Below, one piece after another: positions 57,853 through 64,000 of a stretch of 64,000 nucleotides of DNA (its first letter is position 1; the number at the start of each line of letters is the position of its first letter). The translations under genes were made by a program, and so were the position numbers. Origin of the DNA: a virus (taxonomy: Duplodnaviria; Caudoviricetes); IMG/VR virus record IMGVR_UViG_3300030104_006170; one strand, 5' to 3'. The notes beneath the pieces were generated by a model, which had not been told where the DNA came from, did no database searches, and saw only the letters and a program-made list of their open reading frames with translations.

Positions 57853-59271
57853 TTACTGTATCGAAGCTTCTGCTTCTTCAGCAGTCTTGTAATCACCTTG
57901 TTTATCAACGTAATTAACTACTACTTTTTGTCCATTTTGACATTCTCCAACTCCAAAGGACTGGTCGGGTTGAGTTTTAATTAATACTAATTCACCACAA
58001 GCTGCCTTTTCCATAATTTTGTGTGGTATAATCATTTTACTATTATTTTTAACATTTAGTACTTCTAGGTTTGGTAGGTTAACTATTGATTCTGGAATAT
58101 GTACTAAATTAGGATTGTTAGGGATAGATATAAATTGTAAGTTTTTTAACTCCCCTACCTCATCTGGTAACTCACTTAACATACCTTCGATGTGTAACAT
58201 TTCTAAATTTTTAAATCTTGTGATATCATCGGGTAATCTAAAAGCTGGTGTTTTTTGGTCTTTTTGACCGTATCCTCTACTATTTGATATCTCAATATCT
58301 AATCTTTCTAAAGTTTCTGGTAAAGCTTCAAAAAACTCATCGAACCCATAAATAGAAATATATTTAGATGCTGTATCATTAGGATATCTTAGTTGTACTT
58401 GTTTACCATAATCTTTACCCATAAACGTTGCAAACTTTTCTTTAAAGAATGGTTTAAGTTCTGGATATGTAGCAAAAAACGAACCTAAATCAATACTTCT
58501 ATCCTCTGCATTATAAAATGAATTACTTTCAAAGTGGAACTGATGACTTCTATTTTCAGCTGGGGCTTTACCAGCGTCTTCTTTATACATCATCATATAT
58601 AATGGACCTTGTTTGGAGTAGTGGTCATAGTAATTAGAAGTTTTTGATGCTGTACACCACCTAGTTTGTCCACCCCCGTAATGACAAGAAGCTTCTTTAG
58701 ATTTAGGTACTAAGATTAACCATTTATCATCTTCATAAACTTTATCAACATCATCTCTTAATCTTTCTGCTTTAGTCTTAGTTATCTCATCCTTACTGAC
58801 TTGGTAGTCTTTTACATTGTCATATAAGTCCTCTACGGATTTTATTTGTCCTATATCTTTTTGTCCTTTATATTTTTTTGTTTTCTTTAGGTAATGGAAT
58901 TTTTCTAAGTCCTCACTAACCTTATAAAGGTCTTCCATAAATAATTCTTGTAGTCTCTCCAACGTTTGGGTCCATTCTGGTGTCCCATAGTCATGTTCTG
59001 CGTCTGCCTTTTGTTGTAAACCTAACCATTGTTTAATTAACCAGTTAGTATAAGCTCCAACTTTTTCAACCTCTCTAGTATCTTCATCAGCTGTGTTTGT
59101 ACCTTCAATTTTAGATGTGGGGTCTGCCAACATTAAGGATTTTAGAAGCTCTTTTTCCATTTGAGCTTTCTTACCTTTCTTTTTTGGTTGGGTATACTTT
59201 TTCATAAGAACATCGTAACGACTGTCCTCAATAATTAAATTAGTTAAGATTTCCTTAAAGTTAAAGGCCAT
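57853..59271 (-). CDS. 'WCTASK' family protein (copy C) with C-terminal leucine-rich repeats
   Basis: YEDDKWLILVP..ASCHYGGGQTRWCTASK; LPDDITRFKNLEML..LPDEVGELKNLQFI..IPESIVNLPNLEVLNV; leader KEILTNLIIE. Confidence 0.8.
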   Translation of the reverse strand: MAFNFKEILTNLIIEDSRYDVLMKKYTQPKKKGKKAQMEKELLKSLMLADPTSKIEGTNTADEDTREVEKVGAYTNWLIKQWLGLQQKADAEHDYGTPEWTQTLERLQELFMEDLYKVSEDLEKFHYLKKTKKYKGQKDIGQIKSVEDLYDNVKDYQVSKDEITKTKAERLRDDVDKVYEDDKWLILVPKSKEASCHYGGGQTRWCTASKTSNYYDHYSKQGPLYMMMYKEDAGKAPAENRSHQFHFESNSFYNAEDRSIDLGSFFATYPELKPFFKEKFATFMGKDYGKQVQLRYPNDTASKYISIYGFDEFFEALPETLERLDIEISNSRGYGQKDQKTPAFRLPDDITRFKNLEMLHIEGMLSELPDEVGELKNLQFISIPNNPNLVHIPESIVNLPNLEVLNVKNNSKMIIPHKIMEKAACGELVLIKTQPDQSFGVGECQNGQKVVVNYVDKQGDYKTAEEAEASIQ

Positions 59272-59315
59272 GTTTAAATCTGTTTTTATATAAATATATG
59301 TTAATTAGAAAGAAT

Positions 59316-60017
59316 TTACAGGGATTTTACGTGAGAAACTATATCCATCAATGCGTTTACATCTTTTTCACAATATTCTTTTATCTCTGAAATGTTATTA
59401 TCTACGTAATAACTTTTATGAATGTTAGAACCATCTACTTTTCCATCTTTAGGGGTTTCAAAACCTAACACACTACATATTAAATGTAAGGCTGACAAAC
59501 CTTTGTATGAACCAAAGTTCCAGAGTTCTTTGGTGTCCAATGCTTTTATTTCCCAGGGTTTGGTGTCATGAGAAGGCATTATAGGTGATGGTTTAATCTT
59601 GTTTATTAACATTCTTTTACCTAAATAAGGTAAATCAAAAGTTTTAATATTATGACCACAAAGAGAAAAACCTAATTTATTTACCCTGTTAAGTAGTTCT
59701 ACTGTTTCTTTTAAAATGTCGTCTTCCCCCCCTTTTGTGAATGATTGTATTTTTCTATCTTCTCCTGTTATAAAACCAGCACTTACACAAACTACCCTCC
59801 CAAATTCTGGTAACAAACCAGAGTATTTTTTAAATAATTCACCTTCAGACATTCTTAAATCCTCAGGATAGTGTCTTCTAAAATAAGAATCACCCATTTT
59901 ATTCCACAAATTAAATAAAGTAGTATTTTTTTCTTTTACCTCATCTAAAGTTGCGTAACAACCACACGTCTCAATATCTATAAATAATAATTTATTAGTC
60001 TGTATTTGGTCTATCAT
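59316..60017 (-). CDS. PolB-like 3'-5' exonuclease domain protein
   Basis: FIDIET (ExoI), GHNIKTFDLP (ExoII), YCEKDV (ExoIII). Confidence 0.85.
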   Translation of the reverse strand: MIDQIQTNKLLFIDIETCGCYATLDEVKEKNTTLFNLWNKMGDSYFRRHYPEDLRMSEGELFKKYSGLLPEFGRVVCVSAGFITGEDRKIQSFTKGGEDDILKETVELLNRVNKLGFSLCGHNIKTFDLPYLGKRMLINKIKPSPIMPSHDTKPWEIKALDTKELWNFGSYKGLSALHLICSVLGFETPKDGKVDGSNIHKSYYVDNNISEIKEYCEKDVNALMDIVSHVKSL

Positions 60018-60174
60018 TTGTTCTATTATCTTTTAATTTTTGGTAAATGTCAGTATCTACTGTAATTTGGATTACTTTTTCAAACATACCTGGTTCTCTT
60101 TCCCAGTAGTCTATTGTGTTACCTTTAATTAACTCGTCTAGTTGGTCTTCTTCTATCCAGATTATTACTTTCAT
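59995..60174 (-). CDS. 59-aa hypothetical protein
   Basis: Hand-translated MKVIIWIEEDQLDELIKG...; ATGA-coupled to the upstream gene. Confidence 0.45.
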   Translation of the reverse strand: MKVIIWIEEDQLDELIKGNTIDYWEREPGMFEKVIQITVDTDIYQKLKDNRTNDRPNTD

Positions 60175-60284
60175 ATTTTTGGGTCTTTAAATTTAAGAAA
60201 TAGATATTCTAAAAAGGTCCATGTTATTAACCCTACACACATTATCACCCAAGCTATACCTATTATTTGTACTAATTTTTCCAT
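60171..60284 (-). CDS. 37-aa single-TM peptide
   Basis: Hand-translated MEKLVQIIGIAWVIMCVGLITWTFLEYLFLKFKDPKI; promoter TTG-N19-TATATTTG at 60289-60318. Confidence 0.5.
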   Translation of the reverse strand: MEKLVQIIGIAWVIMCVGLITWTFLEYLFLKFKDPKI

Positions 60285-60326
60285 AAGACAAATATAAATA
60301 AAATTTTTAGAATAACAAAATCTAGA

Positions 60327-60542
60327 CTAAGATTTTTTATTTTTAGTTCCCCACTTAGAATTTACCCAGATTCTTTCATGGATATAATATAGTACGAACT
60401 TGGTGCATAGTTCTAACGCACCAATTTTTAACCCCATTACTGGGTTGCCAGTTATTATCCACCCTAGAGCCATTGTATCCAATGTTCCTACGATTCTCCA
60501 ACTGATAGCTTTGAGAATACTTCTTGTTTTACTTACGTACAT
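60327..60542 (-). CDS. DUF2061 family membrane protein
   Basis: RSILKAISWRIVGTLDT...ELCTKFVLYYIHERIW. Confidence 0.85.
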   Translation of the reverse strand: MYVSKTRSILKAISWRIVGTLDTMALGWIITGNPVMGLKIGALELCTKFVLYYIHERIWVNSKWGTKNKKS

Positions 60543-62154
60543 TTTCTGTGATTATATTATTAATAATATTATTAATAATTCTATTTGTATAGTTTTCGTT
60601 AACTTCTTTTTCTTCTTGATTAAATGGTAGTCTTGGGTTGGTTACGTACTCTAGGAAATCTTCTAATTTAACATTGTCCATTCTATCCGTATTGGTTGAG
60701 TTGTGACTATCATCCTTAAATGATACTGTTTCGTCTTTGGAGTTATAATTTCCGACTGTTATATTGGTCAATACGGTAGACTTACCATCACTAGTTTTCC
60801 AATTATGTACATCTGTTCTGTTTGAGAATCCAGGATTCCATCCTGTTGCTTTTTTAAATCCTAATTCACCAAGTGTTTTAAGAAAACTTTCTCTTCTTTT
60901 AACTCTATCCATAATCGTGTCTACCCCATCTTCTTCTATATTATCCAACATGTTTTTAAAAGCTGCATTCATATCATTACTTCCTTCATCATCTACATCC
61001 CACGCATCATACCAACCATCATATAAATTAGGTAACCCATTTAACTCTATTTCACCCAAATCAGCAAAATTTTCAACACTCTTTGTACCAATAACTTGTA
61101 ATAATTGTTTCCATGTTATATACATTTCGGTGTTTCTCCCTCTTTCATCCCAGTCAAATACTTTTGCTTCATCTATCTCGTCTTTAGTAGCTTGTGCTCT
61201 ACTTCTCCAAACTGCACAACCTAAACTACTTAACCACTCATCAGCCATATCATCTGCTTCTATTGGAAAGTACTTCTCAAGGAAATCATATACGGTTCCT
61301 TCATCATGTTGCAATTCCTGTTCTGTAAATTTTGGTTCTCCCACTAACTCTCTAAGATTTTGTAATCGTCCACGGTTTTCTGGGGTTAAATAACCGTTCA
61401 TATAGTTTAATTCCTCTGTATCCATTTCCTCACAATCATCATAATAACCACGGTAACCCATAGCTGCGTTATATGCCCAGTCATCATCCTGACTTAAATC
61501 TAAAAACTTATCTTTAAAAGTTTCGTCGTTGGCGATTATTAAGATTCCTTCTCCATCAGGCATGATTCCTATTTCATCGTCATTCATATTATCAAAAAAC
61601 CAACTATCTGTAGATACTGTAGTGTTGTCGTTACCTTCAAACTTTTCCCAGTCCAGATTTTGTCCTTTCTCACCTCTTATCTCATCATAAACTGCTTTTG
61701 CAAAATCATTCTTTTCGGAAAATTGTTTCATTTCCTTTTCAGTAAAAGGCATTTCAAATTTTAATCTTTCTTTGAGGGAGTATGGGATGTTTAGTTTTTC
61801 TATTAGTGTGGGTTTGTCACTAAAGAATTCTTTTGCTTCTTTTTTCTGGTACCAATTTATATTTAACGCTGCGTCTCTAAGTGGGTCAAAAAGAGCATAT
61901 TCCCCACCAAATCTTAAAGGTATTTTACTTTTGGTGTCGTGGACTATCCCTGCTTTGTTTTTATCCTTTTCTATGATTATATAGGTCACCCCACCACTTT
62001 TAAACGCGTTTACGGTAGCTTCTTTAATTTTTTCATCCTTACACCATTGGGGTGCTATAGAACAAATAGATGCAATATTATAAGGTAATACGAGTTCATA
62101 TTTATCATCCTCGTATACAACTCTTTTATTTACCTGTTCGTTTAACATATTCAT
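60529..62154 (-). CDS. divergent 'WCTASK' family protein (copy D), acidic
   Basis: MLNE|Q start; VVYEDDKYELVLP...IC...QWC; C-terminal helix EVNENYTNRIINNIINNIITENVRK. Confidence 0.6.
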   Translation of the reverse strand: MNMLNEQVNKRVVYEDDKYELVLPYNIASICSIAPQWCKDEKIKEATVNAFKSGGVTYIIIEKDKNKAGIVHDTKSKIPLRFGGEYALFDPLRDAALNINWYQKKEAKEFFSDKPTLIEKLNIPYSLKERLKFEMPFTEKEMKQFSEKNDFAKAVYDEIRGEKGQNLDWEKFEGNDNTTVSTDSWFFDNMNDDEIGIMPDGEGILIIANDETFKDKFLDLSQDDDWAYNAAMGYRGYYDDCEEMDTEELNYMNGYLTPENRGRLQNLRELVGEPKFTEQELQHDEGTVYDFLEKYFPIEADDMADEWLSSLGCAVWRSRAQATKDEIDEAKVFDWDERGRNTEMYITWKQLLQVIGTKSVENFADLGEIELNGLPNLYDGWYDAWDVDDEGSNDMNAAFKNMLDNIEEDGVDTIMDRVKRRESFLKTLGELGFKKATGWNPGFSNRTDVHNWKTSDGKSTVLTNITVGNYNSKDETVSFKDDSHNSTNTDRMDNVKLEDFLEYVTNPRLPFNQEEKEVNENYTNRIINNIINNIITENVRK

Positions 62155-62180
62155 AGTTATCTACTATAAATATAAAGTAA

Positions 62181-62420
62181 TTACAAGTTATATTTGGAAT
62201 AGTTGGAAAGTCGGGTATGTTTTATTTTTTGAAGTTTGGAACATTTTTCGTACTCTTCTGTTTTTTCAAAGAAGTTAATAAGTTTGTCTATGGTTTTGTG
62301 TGGTAGGTCTTTATTAACAAATTCTAAGTTTTCGTATACTTCATCTTCTTCCATAGAACTTATAATAAATTCGTAAGCTAATCTAAAAGCTGCATTTTTT
62401 TCTAAGGGGTCTAACATCAT
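62181..62420 (-). CDS. small protein with UVR-like FFxxTEEYEKC motif
   Basis: Paralog of 51085..51303. Confidence 0.6.
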   Translation of the reverse strand: MMLDPLEKNAAFRLAYEFIISSMEEDEVYENLEFVNKDLPHKTIDKLINFFEKTEEYEKCSKLQKIKHTRLSNYSKYNL

Positions 62421-62641
62421 TAAACTGTGGTTTTTTTAAGAATTTTACCATCCCATGCAATTATCTGGTCCATTTTATATTTAGCACCACTTAATGTAGG
62501 GGCTCCTACAGGTCCTATCTGTTGTACGTCTAAATCTAAATCCCTTGTCCAAGATACCATCCATAAAAACTTTTTACGTTTTTCTATAATATATTGTATT
62601 TTACCACTTAATCTATTTTCTTCTTTTACTATTCTATACAT
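62420..62641 (-). CDS. hypothetical protein
   Basis: YRIVKEENRLSGKIQYIIEKRKKFLW, a typical phage small protein. Confidence 0.55.
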   Translation of the reverse strand: MYRIVKEENRLSGKIQYIIEKRKKFLWMVSWTRDLDLDVQQIGPVGAPTLSGAKYKMDQIIAWDGKILKKTTV

Positions 62642-62642
62642 A

Positions 62643-63080
62643 TTATTCTCCTTTTCTAATATAATTATACCACCAAGTTGCGGCTAATATTAATACTAAC
62701 AGTGTTCCCATCGTGTATACTAGAAACCATGGTGTGTGGTGTTCAACAAAAAATGCTGGTACACCCATTAATACCAACCATATTAGAAATATAAATCCTG
62801 TATTATTTTCTAATTTCTTTTCAACCTTAACAGTTCTCTCTTGATTAATTAGTCTACTTAGTGCATCTTGCATATCTTTACCGTATACTGGTTGGGTGTG
62901 TTTTGTACCGTCTTTTTCACCTATTGTAACCAAGTACTTCAGGTATCCGGGATTATTTTTACTTTTTTCTACAAATTTACATTCTAGAGCTCTTCTCCTA
63001 TTAAATTTATATTTATGTGTATTTTTTTTTAACATTTTATTTACTATTACAAGTTTTTCTAACTTTATAAACCCAACCAC
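62643..63080 (-). CDS. membrane protein with two C-terminal TMs
   Basis: Probable start MLKKN; two hydrophobic segments. Confidence 0.55.
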   Translation of the reverse strand: MVGFIKLEKLVIVNKMLKKNTHKYKFNRRRALECKFVEKSKNNPGYLKYLVTIGEKDGTKHTQPVYGKDMQDALSRLINQERTVKVEKKLENNTGFIFLIWLVLMGVPAFFVEHHTPWFLVYTMGTLLVLILAATWWYNYIRKGE

Positions 63081-63231
63081 TATCTGAATTTTCTGTCATC
63101 ATAGTAGCTATTCTTTGAGCTTCTTTTTCATTTTTTACGTCCCATATTTGGGATAGTCCGTCTGTTAGTAGGACAAAAGATTTATTACCTGTTTTAGGGT
63201 CTATCATTTCTTTTATTATATTATATGGCAT
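63037..63231 (-). CDS. hypothetical protein
   Basis: ORF track; operon overlap. Confidence 0.5.
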   Translation of the reverse strand: MPYNIIKEMIDPKTGNKSFVLLTDGLSQIWDVKNEKEAQRIATMMTENSDSGWVYKVRKTCNSK

Positions 63232-63418
63232 TTTTGTATTTTTTATTTAAAAGGTTAACATAAAAATCTGCTACTCCTGGTCCTAATAAGTCATTCCACT
63301 TATTTTCAAAGTTACCAATCAACTTTTTTAAAGCTGGTCTATGAACTTCTTTATTAAGGGGATTGTTTAGTACTTTTAGTACAAAATCAGCATCTTTTTT
63401 AATATTAGGACTTTTCAT
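63221..63418 (-). CDS. hypothetical protein
   Basis: TATATTTG-N4-ATG upstream. Confidence 0.55.
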   Translation of the reverse strand: MKSPNIKKDADFVLKVLNNPLNKEVHRPALKKLIGNFENKWNDLLGPGVADFYVNLLNKKYKNAI

Positions 63419-63445
63419 GACACAAATATAATAATTATTTTTTAA

Positions 63446-64000
63446 CTATTCCACTAGTTCTAGTTGGGGTTTTAAAGTTTCTAATAATCTTTTGGTTATT
63501 TTATATGGGTCACCGTTACTTCCCGGTCTTCTATCTTCAACATAACCTTTCCAATTATTTTTTACTGTAGACACTGGAATTCTAATACTAGCTCCTCTGT
63601 CAGACACACCATAACTAAATTTGTCTATAGCTTGTGTTTCATGTAATCCCGTTAACCTTTTTTCATTATCACTACCGTAATTATTGATGTGTTCTTCATG
63701 GTAGAATGATAATGTATCACAAATACCTTCTATCAAATCTTTACCACCCTCTTCTCTCATTTCTTTAGTAGAAAAGTTTACGTGCATTCCTGAACCGTTC
63801 CAATCACCTTCCACTGGTTTTGGTCGTAGGTCTACTGTTACTCCATGGTTTTCTGTTATTCTATATAAAAGATATCTACTAATCCATAAATCATCCGCAA
63901 CTTTTAAAGCTCCTTTACCAAATAGTTGGTATTCCCATTGGCCTAACATCACCTCAGCATTAACACCTGTAATATCTAACCCAATATTCATACAAGCGTC
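63446..64000 (-). CDS. glnA: glutamine synthetase type II, C-terminal part (gene starts beyond the window)
   Basis: GINAEVMxGQWEYQ-like, DWNGSGMHVNFST, RLTGLHET, DRGASIRIP, EDRRPGSNGDPY. Confidence 0.9.
   Translation of the reverse strand, partial: DACMNIGLDITGVNAEVMLGQWEYQLFGKGALKVADDLWISRYLLYRITENHGVTVDLRPKPVEGDWNGSGMHVNFSTKEMREEGGKDLIEGICDTLSFYHEEHINNYGSDNEKRLTGLHETQAIDKFSYGVSDRGASIRIPVSTVKNNWKGYVEDRRPGSNGDPYKITKRLLETLKPQLELVE

Noticed and set aside
1541-63087. Many opposite-strand or nested ORFs in the track (e.g. 8472..8870, 26447..26914, 28019..29230 +, 60764..61393 +)
   Set aside because: They are shadows of long real genes, with biased composition (V/L/S/P/I-rich antisense reads) and no motifs or start context.
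1-64000. Stop-codon reassignment as seen in some jumbo phages
   Set aside because: Standard code gives very long intact ORFs and near-complete coding density; no genes appear split at TAG or TGA.
1-64000. Cellular (Flavobacterium) chromosome or prophage
   Set aside because: There are no housekeeping operons, integrase or att sites. Host-like genes are interleaved with fibres and T4-like internal proteins and share the phage-type upstream motif.

Overview
AT-rich, densely coded 64-kb segment of a jumbo (T4-like/'huge') bacteriophage that most likely infects an aquatic Bacteroidetes/Flavobacteriales host. The host inference rests on TAnnTTTG promoters, a Bacteroidetes-type bS21, T9SS C-terminal sorting domains and a TonB receptor. 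Contents: tail-fibre genes (up to 3510 aa, with an S74 chaperone), lysis-type enzymes (M23 peptidase, L,D-transpeptidase-like), host-derived enzymes (SOD, ClpP, DeoC, nucleoside deoxyribosyltransferase-like, glutamine synthetase II, glutaredoxin), DNA repair/metabolism genes (ligase, UvsE, 3'-5' exonuclease, SNase), ribosomal protein bS21, and two cassettes of Sec/T9SS-exported and outer-membrane proteins. Main hunt results: (1) unrelated proteins, including SOD, DeoC and the NDT-like enzyme, carry a shared N-terminal amphipathic leader ending in I/L-x-E. It resembles a T4-type capsid-targeting/prohead-protease signal and co-occurs with a TATTTAT upstream motif, suggesting a late-expressed virion-cargo system. 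(2) The phage appears to use the host type IX secretion system. (3) A Ro60/TROVE-like gene is followed by Y-RNA-like structured RNA, with a degenerate tRNA-like element nearby. (4) A stand-alone ~100-nt RNA locks a perfect Shine-Dalgarno sequence against an anti-SD mimic, in a phage that encodes bS21 and appears to use leaderless mRNAs. All functional calls come from motif recognition only; no database search was run.
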